Assembly: GCF_001194135.2 (NCBI RefSeq)
Contig: NC_068981.1
Span: forward strand, 178,431,771 to 178,495,770
Direction of reading: 5' to 3'
DNA: 64,000 bases
Source: Octopus bimaculoides
Lineage: Eukaryota
Each line of letters begins with the position of its first letter. The first letter of the stretch is position 1. The position numbers and the translations under genes are program-made. This document shows, one piece after another, positions 11,851 to 24,296 of this stretch. The notes under the pieces are model-generated. The model saw only the letters and a program-made list of their open reading frames with translations, did not search any database and had not been told where the DNA came from.

Positions 11851-12476
11851 GTTTTTAAGACATTAAAGTATGTAATTTGAGGCATACTTATTTCTAATTA
11901 ATATGATTTAATTTAAAACATAGAAGATTTACTATTCTTAATCAGACTTTTACCTATTCAACCTGGCAACTGCAGGTGGGTTGTACCTTGACTTACATTC
12001 CACCTTTTCTTTACTATGTTTTCACTTTCTCTTTCAGTATATCTTTTGACTAAATTGTCTTCTGGCATATACTTTCAACTAATGTGTCTTTTACAAAATG
12101 TTTTCAATGAATGTTCATAAACTTATAGGGATTTAATAAAATAAATAGATGTGTTATGAGTTTTATAAATGTTCAGTGGTATGGCTTAGAAACAGAATTA
12201 TTTTGTTATGTAAATATGTAGTGGTGGACAGCAGAATTAGAGCATCAGTCAAAATGTCTTCAATGTTCTGAGTTTACATTTGGCTAATGCCAGTTGTGCC
12301 TTTCACCTTCAATGGATGGATAAAATTAAGTCCTGGCCTTTATTGAACAACCTACATTCTTATCCCAAAACCAAAATAACTAGTCTTGTGTCTATGTAGA
12401 GAAATCATTAGAAAAGAAAAAAAATTTCACCTTTTGTTGTATATTTTTCAAGATAGTTTCTTTTCAATTATTACAG

Positions 12477-12497
12477 CTGTTCCACCAGATGAAAATG
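12477..12497 (+). CDS. SEC16: Putative 21-nt microexon (xVPPDEN), phase 1-1
   Basis: Pyrimidine tract TTTCTTTTCAATTATTACAG| and donor G|GTAGGT; phase fits the exon at 16089. No transcript evidence. Confidence 0.45.
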
Positions 12498-12856
12498 GTA
12501 GGTTCAACAAGAATTGTCAACAACACCTTTCTTCCTTTTTTCTCATACTAGCTATTGCTTATTTCCTTTTTTTTCCTTTTCCTCTTGTGTTGTATAGTTT
12601 CTAAACTGCACAAACATTGACTTATGTCAATTCACCAAGCTTCACTTATCCTTTTCTAGATTATTAGATGCACCTCAACTCTGTTGAAAAACAACGCTCT
12701 TGTCAAATGGCAAAAATAACAAATCTGCTATTCTAACTGGTTTAGAATTTTGAGCACTTTTTCTAACGCAGTAATCAATGTTGTAATCCAATAGCTTTCA
12801 CTGTCTTTATGAATCTTGAAATATTAAAGTAAAATCTAGATGTGTATCTATGTACA

Positions 12857-12921
<65 letters not shown>

Positions 12922-13559
12922 TATTATTTGTCATTAGCACTTGTTAGATTTTGTTGTTTTCAGCATTGTCTTTTAAGCACCTAATTGTAAGAATTTCTAA
13001 ATTGCTAAAAATATTAATAATAAAGAAAAATTATACTGTTGATTCCAGTCAGTTTGTTTAGGTCAAAATAGAATAAAACTCAATATTTCTCATCCTTTCT
13101 TCCACCCTTAATGCTTCAGTTTTTTTCTCTTATGTCAAGATTATGTTAGTGCTAATTTAATCTTTTATGATGATGCTTCATTATTATTCACTACTAAGCA
13201 CTAATATCCTTAAATATTGGTTTCCCTGCTGGTAGACCTCGATTCTTTGTTCCTAAACAATAACCATATTTTTAATTACTTTCATTTATAATTAATTTTT
13301 GTCTGGAATATTTCAGTAAGTATTTGTATAATTTGTTGATGTATAATTTGTATAATTTGTTAAATGTTCAATCTGCAGTTCATGTTGTGTACAGAGGAAT
13401 CCATTCTATGTATTTTTATGTGGAGGATGGATCCATTTGTAATAATGTGATTCATATGCCAGGGTTTAGAGCAGTGAGGGACAAAGTGCTACCAGTAAGG
13501 TCTGAAGAGCATTGTCTGTTACAATTGTGGTGCAAGTGAAGTAAAAATAATACAGTAAT

Positions 13560-13725
13560 AGGTGTAGGAGTGGCTGTGTGGTAAGTAGCTTGCTTACCAA
13601 CCACATGGTTCCGGGTTCAGTCCCATTGTGTGGCACCTTGGGCAAGTGTCTTCTACTATAGCCTCGGGCCGACCAAAGCCTTGTGAGTGGATTTGGTAGA
13701 CAGAAACTGAAAGAAGCCTGTCGTA

Positions 13726-13764
<39 letters not shown>

Positions 13765-13967
13765 TTGTGTGCCTGTGTTTGTCCCCCCCTAGCATTGCTT
13801 GACAACCGATGCTGGTGTGTTTACGTCCTTGTCACTTAGTGGTTCGGCAAAAGAAACTGATAGAATAAGTACTAGGCTTATAAAGAATAAGTCCCGGGTC
13901 GATTTGTTCGATTAAAGGTGGTGCTCCAGCATGGTCACAGTCAAATGACTGAAACAAGTAAAAGAGT
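13560..13967 (+). mobile_element. SINE family A, full length
   Basis: GGAGTGGCTGTGTGGTAAG head, (TA)n(TG)n middle, GAAACAAGTAAAAGAGTA tail. Confidence 0.9.
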
Positions 13968-14518
13968 ATGAAGGATGTAGAGCTAGAGATTGAACAGTTT
14001 CAGTGATGGAATGTTTATTCATTGAGTGCATGTCTCTCTCATTAAACTTTGGTAATTTAAGATATGAGAGATGAACATAGTTATAGTGGGAAGTGAGTTA
14101 GTAAAATGAAGGTAGAAAATAATATGATAGACCTGAAAGATTTTATAGATGAACAGTCATTTTGTAAGTTCAGTGTGATTAATTTTCCCTTTTGTCTGTA
14201 AATTCAATATTTGGGTTTCTTCTATTGCTGATATCTAAATGCTTTTATGCATGCAGACCATGTTGTTGTATAAAATATTGGCTTCTTACTTAGGTACAGC
14301 AGAATATGGAGAATAATGTTATGATGATTGTTTTTTTCTAAGGGAGTTAGGTGATATAATGATGTGAATTGGCTACAGTTACAATTTAGGTTACTAAATT
14401 GGGTCACAAACTTGGCGGCTTTCCAAGAGCTTACCTCAACGTTACAGTATTTTGAACAAGCATAATAATTATTCATGTGGGAAAATGTTTTAGTATTTTA
14501 TCTTGTGTTATAAATGTA

Positions 14519-14567
<49 letters not shown>

Positions 14568-15476
14568 AAACAGATAATTGTTCAAAATGCATTTTTAGTT
14601 ACAAGGTTCAGCAACATTTTCTAACAAATTCCAGTAGCTTGAGCATTTTGAGAAATTGAATTGTTGCTTTTCATAGTTTTACAATTTGGTAAAGCTAATT
14701 TTATCACATAGGAGGTTACTAATTATAGTATAGATATATGGTGGCCAACTGGCAGAATCTTTATTGAATAGAATTCTTTGTAATGTTTGTTCTGGCTTTC
14801 TGCATTCTGAATTCAGATTGTATTGAGGTCAGCTTTGCCTTTCATGTTTTTTGGGGTGAGGGTCAGGTGGATAACTAAAGTACTACTGTAGGAGCAGAGG
14901 AGGGCAGAATTGTTTGGGCATTAGACAAAGTGCCTTGCTGTATGTTTTTGGCTTTTTGTGATGTTGGTTTCAGTAACTTATCTCTCTGCATTGCAAAACA
15001 CTAGCTGACAGATGACTAAAGATGACTAAAGATTTGAATGAATGAATGACTATATATTTTAGTGTAATTATGTTGAAAAGTTAATCATCTTTTGCAAATA
15101 CTTAATGGAAACAGTTACTTTTAAGAAATATTCCGTTTAAATAATAGTTTTCTTCAATGGGCATCTATGTCTTAGTACATTCTGTGATTTAATATACTGT
15201 TAGAATGGTAAAAAAGTGGAAAAGCTTATTATAGGAAATGTTTGAGCCATCTGCCAGATGAGTTGAATCTTAAAGTACTGCGATGTGTTGTTGATCCTGA
15301 TTCTATTTAAAGATAAAATGGCTGATATTTCAATGTATGCATAACCTAGGAAGAAAAAGATCAGGTTTTTCTTTGACTTGTAGTTAGAAACTAGGTGTAT
15401 GTATTTTATTTGAAAAGAAACGGCATTGTTTTCTTTTAGTCATATTTTATCTTTGAAGAAAAGAAACAAAATCAGG

Positions 15477-15636
15477 CACGGGCATGGCTGTGTGGTAAGA
15501 AGCTTGCTTCCCAACTACATGGTCCCAGGTTCAGTTCCACTGCATGGCACCTTGGTCAAGTGTCTTCTACTATAGCCTCAGACCAACCAAAGCCTTGGGA
15601 GTGGATTTGGTAGACAGAAACTGAAAGGAGCCTATC

Positions 15637-15692
<56 letters not shown>

Positions 15693-15910
15693 CTTTGTGT
15701 ATGTTTGCCCCCTCACCACCACTTGACAACTGGTGTTGGTGTGTTTACATCCCCATAACTTAGTGGCTTGGCAAAAGAGACTGATAGAATAAGTACCAGG
15801 CTTTAAAAAAATGAAAATAAGGCCTGGAGTCAATTCATTTGACTAAAATTCCACAAGGCAGTGCCCCAGCATGATTGCAGTGTAATGACTGAAACAAGTA
15901 AAAGATAAAA
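15477..15910 (+). mobile_element. SINE family A, diverged full length
   Basis: Same three-part structure as 13560. Confidence 0.8.
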
Positions 15911-16088
15911 AGTATCAGTGATACTGGATGGAAAGTAACGTGATTTTAAAAGCTAATAGTTGGAAAGAATTTAATTTGAAAGAAAATGATAAATGATGTG
16001 TCGTTAAGTTAAAATATATGCTACTACTTCGCCAATATTGATTTTATTGTTTGTATAATGCCATAAATTTCTTAAAATTTCTTTGTAG

Positions 16089-16181
16089 ATGATACCGATT
16101 CCCGTTCTGAGCGTCCTTCGTCTCGACTTGATTATAGCCGTTATGACAGAGAGTATTATAGTAGGCACAAGGATCCGTATG
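16089..16181 (+). CDS. SEC16: SEC16 exon: DDTDSRSERPSSRLDYSRYDREYYSRHKDPY
   Basis: TTTGTAG| acceptor, |GTAAGT donor, 93 nt, phase 1-1, ERPSSR motif. Confidence 0.8.
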
Positions 16182-16923
16182 GTAAGTCTTATTTGATTTT
16201 AAACATTCCTAATTAAGTGTTGCAATAATTAAATCATGTACTTCATTGCCTGGTAATTATTAGATTTCTGAATCAATTTAATTTCCATTGTATATCAGTT
16301 TGAAGTATGCATGTACATGTATGTGTGTGTGTGTGTATGCTAGGAGTAGGGTGGAGGAAATGTAATTGGAGTGTAGATTAGTGGATGTTATACTTTAAGT
16401 ATGTGAAAAGAAAAAGTTGATTTTAAGCATGTTTGGTAGCTAGTTATTGGATACAATATGCTGAAGTTAGTTTCTTTTTCAATCAATTAAATGTACTATA
16501 GTTAGTCAATGAAATGAATTCTCTAAAGTTTCACACCACCTTACATATGGGCATGATTCTAAATTGTAGAGAAAAAAATTTTCTTTCATTCAATTTATAT
16601 TTTTACAAAATATCTTTCAAAATTGTTTCTGTAAAGAAATAAAGAGAAAAAACAAATTGTTGAAGCTGTTTTTATTCTATCGAGTAAAATGTTCTTCCAC
16701 AAAATATTACTGAATATTACCTCAGTATCTGCAGTATGAAAGACTCTATCAGTTGGAAGTTATTTTTTGAAAATTAGGTGCTTTATTTAGCAGATCGTAA
16801 AATTTGCATTTTAAGAGTTATGGAATCAATGTAGATGTGGCTTTTGAGACATTGTTAATGTTTTGTAAGGCAGCTGAGTAGTAAGAATTGTAGATTAATG
16901 GACTAAATATTGGCTATTAATTA

Positions 16924-18200
16924 TCAGATCATTAAGAATGTCTGTTTTCCTTATGTACCAAATTTGACAGTTGTTAACTCTGTTTTAACCTGACAGTTCT
17001 TTGTTTTACAACATTGAAGAGTTACATCCTCACTTTTCGAAATGCAATTCATGGTGTCTGATTATATTGTGAGTTTTCTCTTGTAAATCAATTTTTGTAA
17101 ACCCTTGAGTAGATCAAAAATATGTGTTGTTTATGAATATGAGTTTTGTTGTGGAATTGATGCATCCCAGACAGCTCGAAACATCAATGAGGTGTTTGGT
17201 GAAAATGTGGCGAATGAGTGCATTGTATGTTGATGGTTTCAGAAGTTCCGGTCTGGTGACTTTACTCTTGAAAATCAAACCCCCGTAGTTGACCTAAGAC
17301 CAAGGTAGATAATGATGAATTGCAAAATGTAGTGAAAGTGGATACTTCTCAAACTATGTGTGAGTTAGCAGGAAGATTTGATGTTTAGATTCCAACTGCA
17401 TTGGACCATCTGAAACAAATCGGCAAGGTAAAGAAGCTGGACAAGTGGGTACCACACGAACTGAACACGCATCAAATGACACATTGTCTTGAAACTGCAG
17501 TTCTTTGCTGTCATGGCATAAAAGCAATTCATTTTTACGTTGTATTGTTATGTGTGATGAAAAATGAATTCTTTTCAACAATAGCAAGCATTCTGTACAG
17601 TTGTTGGATAGAGACAAAGTACCAAAGCACAATCCAAAAAAGAATATTCATCAAAAACAGCTAATGGTGTCTGTTTGGTGGTTCAGCACTGGTGTCATCC
17701 ACTACAGCTTCATGAGACCTGGTAAGTCAACTGCAGCTGATGTATACATTGACCAATTGGATGGAATGATGAGTGAACTTGCAATTAAACAACTGAGATT
17801 GGTCAATAGAGACAGGCCAATTCTCTTGCAAGACAACAATTGACCACATGTTGTACAAAGAACGCTACTTAAGTTACAGGAACTGAACTTAGAAGTACTC
17901 TGTCATCCACCATATTCACTAGACCTTGCACCAACTGACTATTAAGTTTTCCATACATTAAACAACTTTTTGCAAAGAAAAACTTCAAATCTGAAGAAGA
18001 TGCAAAAACAACCTTTTGTGATTTCATCACTTCTTGTTCTCCAGAATTCTTTGCTGCTAGCATAAATAAGCTACTGATAAAATGGCAAAATTGTGTTAAT
18101 AATTTAGGTGCATATTTTGATTAACTGCATTGCTTTTTGTTGAGATAAAGTAAAATAAACTTCCAGTTCAAGATCAAACATTTCATTCTTAATGACCTGA
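16924..18200 (+). mobile_element. Full-length (1277 bp) decayed mariner (DD34D type)
   Basis: TA|TCAGATCATTAAGAATG ... CATTCTTAATGACCTGA|TA termini; transposase remnants GKVKKLDKWVPHEL, LMVSVWW..GVIHY, ILLQDN and a HPPYS.DLAP.DY-like motif, with stops and frameshifts. Confidence 0.88.
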
Positions 18201-18470
18201 TAGTTTTCCTCCTTTATATTCTGAGTTCAAATCTTGCCAGAGTTGATTCTACTTTTTCTGTCTTTCATTCTTCTAAGATTTGCAAAATAACTAGAAGGTA
18301 CATACTAGAGTTATTTCAGTGGAATATGTCCTACCTCTATAACTCTACTAATGTGTAGATTCTATACTAAATTAGTAGAGTATGGTAATGGGATTTTGGT
18401 ATCCTTATAACATTATTGAGATCAAGTTAGATATTCTTTACCATCTAATAACTCTGTGGATTTATATAAC

Positions 18471-19018
18471 AGATCGAAATTGAACCAAATTCGACGACTG
18501 GCACCCATGCCAACCTTCCTTCATTGGACATTAAACTCAGCTTGCGAAGATCTGTTGGGGCAAGTGAGATCAAAATTGAACCAAATTCGATGACTGGCAC
18601 CTGTGCCAGTGGAGCGCTAACAGCACCAACCGAGCGGGATCACTGTCAGAGCAGCGGTCTCGCTTCCATGCCGGTGACATGTAAAAAGCACCATTTGAGC
18701 GCAATTGTTTCCAGCTTCGCCTTACTGGCACTTGTGCTGGTGACATGTGAACAAAACATTGGACTGACTCCTGTGCAGGTGGCACGTAAAAAACACCATT
18801 TGAGCGTGGCCGTTGCCAGTACCGCTGGACTGGCCCTTGTGCCGCTGGCATGTAAAAGCACCCACTACACTCTCGTAGTGGTTGGCATTAGGAAGGGCAT
18901 CCAGCTGTAGAAATTCTGCCAGATCAGATTGGAGTCTGGTGTAGCCATCTGGTTTGCCAGTCCCCAGTCAAATCGTCCAACCCATGCTAGCATGGAAAGC
19001 AGACGTTAAATGATGATG
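18471..19018 (+). mobile_element. Family B retroposon, longest copy, with internal tandem modules
   Basis: A ~105-bp upstream unit present about 1.3 times, four ~60-65 bp GTGCCGGTGGCAC-type modules, then the standard tail. Confidence 0.85.
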
Positions 19019-19370
19019 AAGTAGAGAAAGGCAGTGTATTTTATATTTTTGCATTAAAATTCAGCTGGGTTGATGTTACTTTTTATCATTACAATTGAAA
19101 AGAAAAACAAAGAAAAAAAAAAAACTTCAATATTCTGGGTTTTATCAAATTATTTATACAAAGCTGCTAATAAAATTGTCTTTATGGTGGTGATTTATGT
19201 TAGTTGTATTTGAGGAAGATAAAGTATGTGTAAATTTAGGACACGAAAATATGTTTTGACTATTATGGGATATACTCAAAGATTTTAGCTATTACTGCAC
19301 TTGTAAATTAATTAATTTTACCAGGAACACATGATACTTGTACATGAAACTAGCTTTATATACACTCTCA

Positions 19371-19523
19371 CATCATCATCATCATCATCATTGTTTAACG
19401 TCTGCTTTCCATGCTAGCATGGGTTGGACGATTTGACTGAGGACTGGTGAAACTGGATGGCAACACCAGGCTCCAATCTAAATTTGGCAGAGTTTCTACA
19501 GCTGGATGCCCTTCCTAACGCCA
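19371..19523 (-). mobile_element. Family B retroposon, short copy
   Basis: (CAT)n followed by the conserved 3' body. Confidence 0.85.
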
Positions 19524-19864
19524 AGACACACACAGTGGCTGTAAAATGTAGGGTTAACCAGAAATGGCAGCATTCACTTGACTCTTCGTTTAATACCCAT
19601 AGTGAGGTTATATAATAAACACACAGATGTTTATCAGTGTGTCTTATATTGAGAAAATTCAATTTATTTAATTAATTTACAAAGATGGTGATGACTAAAC
19701 TCTGGGTATATCCTTATGTAAGCTTTAGTATGAAAATTAAAACACTGCACTAGTTTATGTTTTGACTATTGGATAGGTACTATTGTGAAAGTTGAATTTT
19801 ATACTTCTGGACAAGATTATTCTGGGATGTTTTGTACAAATCAAAATAACAGTAATAGTATATT

Positions 19865-20418
19865 CGGATCTTTTTTAAAACGGGGGCCACATTTTTCATT
19901 AATGTTTTACGTAGTGTTTTTGGTACCGAAAGACTTTCAAACTTCGTATACTTATCTATTTTGTGTTATAGAACAGAAAAATATTTTGTATTCGAATTTA
20001 TTTCATGTAAAAGATTGTCTTATTTCGATAATTTCAACCAATCACTGACAAGTATTCAGTTGTTTACATTTACTCCTTTGGCTGATTAAGCGGAGTAAAG
20101 CGTATTTAATTTCCATAGCTTCGTTTTGCTTTTTTCTTTTTAAATTTGCTGTTTTACCCTAACCCTATCACCGATAGAATTGTTTCAGAATCGTTTGTTT
20201 ATGTAGTCAGCACTTAATGTATATTGGCTGAATGGACGTCAGTGATTGGTTGAAATTACAGAAATACGACAACTTTAACATGGAATAACTTAGGGATTTC
20301 TTTTTTTTTTAAGAAGCATAAGAGAAAAAGATGTTTTATATGACACATTCTACTAGTGTTCCAAGTTTCAAAGTGTTTCGTTAATGAAAAATGTGGCCCC
20401 CGTTTTAAAAAAGATCCG
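19865..20418 (+). mobile_element. 554-bp MITE, perfect 38-bp TIRs, 6-bp TSD (TATATT)
   Basis: TATATT|CGGATCTTTTTTAAAACGGGGGCCACATTTTTCATTAA ... TTAATGAAAAATGTGGCCCCCGTTTTAAAAAAGATCCG|TATATT. Strand label is arbitrary. Confidence 0.9.
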
Positions 20419-21058
20419 TATATTCTTACTAATGAAATAGTAGTTTCATTGTTTCATTTGTTTGAATGAGATTGTGGAATAGTATTCATTACCTCTTTAG
20501 AATATCTTAATATGTAGGTATGATCAAGTCTTGAGAATCGAAGAGGTTAGTATTGTTAGTGTTTATTTTAAACTGAAGGATGGAAAATATGACTAAAATG
20601 ACAATTCTAGAGGAATGTAGATCTAGAAAAGATTAGTTAAGTGCAATTTATTTGATATACGGTTTTGAACTTCTGTGGCATGTTTTTCCCAATTCGTGTT
20701 TTATTACTTTCTTGAATTTTTAAAAAGAGAATGTTAAGTGTTTGAAAAAATGGAATTGGATTATCTTGTTAATAAATTAGAGGTGAGCTGAAGAGGTAAC
20801 TTTTCAAATTTATCAACTGAGCTATCTTAGAATTACTGTAATTTTAGTTCATTAAATCCTGAACCTTGCAGTTATAGCCCTACTATTAAACTAATATGGA
20901 ATCAATTAAAATTTTTGGCCATTGAATTAATAGTAGGGATATTATTGTGAATCATTTGTCTCATTTGATTTAATCTAATAGATTAAAATTGGTAAGTATA
21001 TAAATTTCCTTGTAACATTCCAAAGGATTTACTTGATGGATTTTCTGAATAATTGCAG

Positions 21059-21079
21059 GCCGCAGGTATCATAGGAAAG
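21059..21079 (+). CDS. SEC16: Putative 21-nt microexon (GRRYHRK), phase 1-1
   Basis: TTGCAG| acceptor, AAG|GTATGT donor; keeps frame between exons 16089 and 24176 and matches their R/Y-rich composition. Confidence 0.5.
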
Positions 21080-22242
21080 GTATGTAAGTCCACAGATTCT
21101 CAATCAGAATCTTTTTTGCATTGGCACATAGAGCAGTAGAACATTCCTGCCTGTCTCTACCACTTTCAAAGTTTTTGGAAGATCTTCTCAATCTAAATCT
21201 CCATCTTCTGCAAATAATTGATCTTTGATATTTTTTTCCCCTTAAGTTCTCAATATCCAGTAAGATATCTGCTTATTCTTGTATTAAAATCTTTCTCAGC
21301 TGTATGTTTGTCAATATATCTATCTTTGTTTGCAAATGCATTTCTTTTTTCTGGTTGTGGTTTCTATCTGTAATACATTTATCAGATAGTTTCTTTTTTA
21401 AGGATGCATGAATACATATTTTGTTATGAGTATCAAATAATGAGAATGTTCCAGTTTGCAAAACCATTCAACCTGTGCTAGAAAAGCAGACTGGGTATAA
21501 ATTGTTAACATATACAATTAAATGATTTTCATTGTATTTACAAAATTTTTATGATACTTGAAATAGTTAACACTTATTTTTCTGTTAAGTATTTGTTGGA
21601 ATTCAGTTATTTACAGTAAATATTTTGGTTATAATGATAAAGATGATTGACAGTAGAGCACCAAGCTAAATGCTTTGCCATATTTACTTTCCTTTTTGCA
21701 GTTTCTGAGTACAGTCTTATATACACCCACCTCCCAATTTTAACCTAAAAATTAGGGCTGTGCATTGCGCACAAGTACTAAATGTTAGTCATTTTTCCTG
21801 GCCTCTAGTGCATGGTCATATTAAGGATAGCATGACCAAAAGTGAGTTACGTCTATTGCCTAAGCTAACTGATGTGTAATGAAGAGTTTATAAATGTTCA
21901 AACTGTGTTTCACAAATATATAATACTGACATTTACAATAGTTACCATGCATGGTTGCCCTTATTGGAAATTGCATTGATCAATATCTGACTAAATAAAG
22001 CAGATTTTTACTCATAATTATTGATATCAAGTAATCAGAAATCAAAATTTACAGTGGTGGCAATGGAACTCTTTTTTGTTTTTATCTAGACATAATTTTA
22101 TGTTATGAAAAAATACTATCTAAGAATAGTGTCAATATAATTTATTTCCCATAAAATTACATATGGAAAACTTGATGGAGGATATTTTAAAAATACTTTT
22201 TCGCTTTATTTAGATTTCCAGTTAAGAAGAAAATTTTTTTAA

Positions 22243-22451
22243 CCCTTTAGCATTCAGATTGCTCTGTCAAATGTAATGTTATTTATTTACACCATTTTGG
22301 ATTAATCATGCATTATATCATAGCTTCAAGATTTTGATGATGTGATTTGTAGAATTTAAGTGTAGGGTAGGTGTAAGAGGCTGGATCTGGCCAGAAGATC
22401 TGAACATAAAACAATATTTGGGCCAGATATGGCCTTTCAAATGCTAAAGGG
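22243..22451. mobile_element. piggyBac-type MITE (209 bp)
   Basis: TTAA|CCCTTTAGCATT ... AATGCTAAAGGG|TTAA. Confidence 0.8.
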
Positions 22452-22992
22452 TTAATTTGCTAAAAAGAAAATAGATTTTTAATTACCTGAAACTGAATGT
22501 CTGATGTTCAAAACCTAAAGCTCTATACAAAGTTTTTTCTTTTTATACAGGCTTCTTGAAAACATTAGTGTTTTTTTTTTAAACTCATGTTTAAATAAAT
22601 CTTTGTTCTTCATTGACAACATGATCATGTGTGCATCACTGTACAAACTGATCAGCGAAATTATGAACTTAAGTACACTGTTGTTATCATTATAAATTGA
22701 TTTTGCAGGGGGAAAAAAAAAATGATCGTCTAATTTTCACAATATTGACTTTACAGCAAATGCACTTCTATGGCCTGTACTAGTAAAGTTGAAGGATCAC
22801 TTTCAGTTTTGCTTTTTCTTTTTAATTAGGATACTTGAACTTTTTCAGGATATTTTATGTAGCGATTATAATATAACTGACTAAACATTCTTTTCAAAAC
22901 ACCATAATACAAGAGAAGAGTCGGTTCATATTATACGAGATTTTTTCTTACACATAATAACGAGTGTGCATTGTACAAGAGTGTGTATTATA

Positions 22993-23365
22993 TTTTCTTA
23001 TACTTTTTCTTGCTTCAGTCACTGGACTGTAGTCATGCTGGGGCACCACTTTAAACTATTTAGTCTGATCAATTGAGCCTAGTCCTTATTTTAAAGTCTG
23101 ATACTTGTTTTATTGATCTTTTGCCAAACCACTAAATTAAAAGGGTGTAAAGAAGCACTGGTTTTCAGGTGGTGGTGGTGGGGAGAAACACAAACATACA
23201 TATGTAGGCTTCCACACAACAGGCTTCCACACCGTTTCCATCTCCCAAATTCACATACAAGGTATTGGAGAGCCCAGGTCTATAGCAGAAGACACTTGTC
23301 CAAGCTGCTGCATAGTGGGACTGAACCTGAAACCATGTGGTTGCAAAATGAACTTCTTAATCACA
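22993..23365 (-). mobile_element. SINE family A, diverged
   Basis: Reverse tail (GCTTCAGTCACTGGACTG...) through reverse head (GGACTGAACCTGAAACCATGTGG). Confidence 0.7.
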
Positions 23366-24175
23366 TAATATATTTATTTATATTAGATAAATATGGTAGG
23401 TCAGAGCTGATTCTGTTCTGTCATGACAACAAAAGCATTGGATGTAGATTTATTAATGGACAGTTTCCACTGGTTCCTTGCATTTTTGATGGTGAGAGTG
23501 TCAAACAGGTGTCTATGCAACTTGGAAAGAAGAGCTACAAGACATTTTGTGTGAGTGCTCCATTGTTGCTGATACACATTGTTGAAGAATGCGTATGCAC
23601 ATATATATACACACATACATACAAGGAACTTCTGCACAATTTTTGTCAACCAGATTTCATTTAAAAACATTGGTGGCTTCAAGGCTACGATAGAGGATTC
23701 TTGCTCGAGGTGCCATGTTATGGGATCAAATCAGAGGGACTGCATAGCTTACATGGAAAATTCATAATGATTATAATGATATCATAGATGACCGAGGGCT
23801 GAAATATGTAACATTCTAATTTGTTCATAAGTTGTTTGGTGCTAAGAAGGGATTTAGGGTTTTCAATTCTCTGTATCTTTCAAGTTATTCCAAGATATTT
23901 CACCATTCTTATTTGAAATAGCCTTTAATGTCTTCATACAAAAATGTGATGCGATACTGTTTTAATATACAAAGTCACAATTATTCTTATTTTCATCAAC
24001 ATATTCTTTTGAATTAATGAATATTTCTGTTAATATTACCTATTCTGAAAATATCCTCATTGGCCATAAATTAGGGTTATTCTAGCATTTAAAATTTTAA
24101 CTGTAGTTTTACTTGTTGAAACTTTAGGTTCTAAATGTATTGATTCTTTAGAGCAAGTAACTTTTCTTTTGCTAG

Positions 24176-24296
24176 ATTATGACCCAAGTTATTATAGAAA
24201 TGCAGCCTACTATAACTACTATCGAGACCGTTATGGACGAGGATACTATGATGATGCAGAATCCTACTATAACCGCTACTATCAAGATAAAGCAAG
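24176..24296 (+). CDS. SEC16: SEC16 exon: DYDPSYYRNAAYYNYYRDRYGRGYYDDAESYYNRYYQDKAR
   Basis: TTTTGCTAG| and AG|GTGAGT; 121 nt, phase 1-2. Confidence 0.82.

Noticed and set aside
13560-13660. tRNA-like sequences at SINE heads
   Set aside because: A/B-box-like motifs are present, but I see no complete cloverleaf and each is fused to a repeat body.
18524-18910. 128-aa ORF and similar ORFs at 5715, 37717, 46682, 53074 and 60541
   Set aside because: They lie within family B repeats, are not conserved between copies and have no domain motifs.
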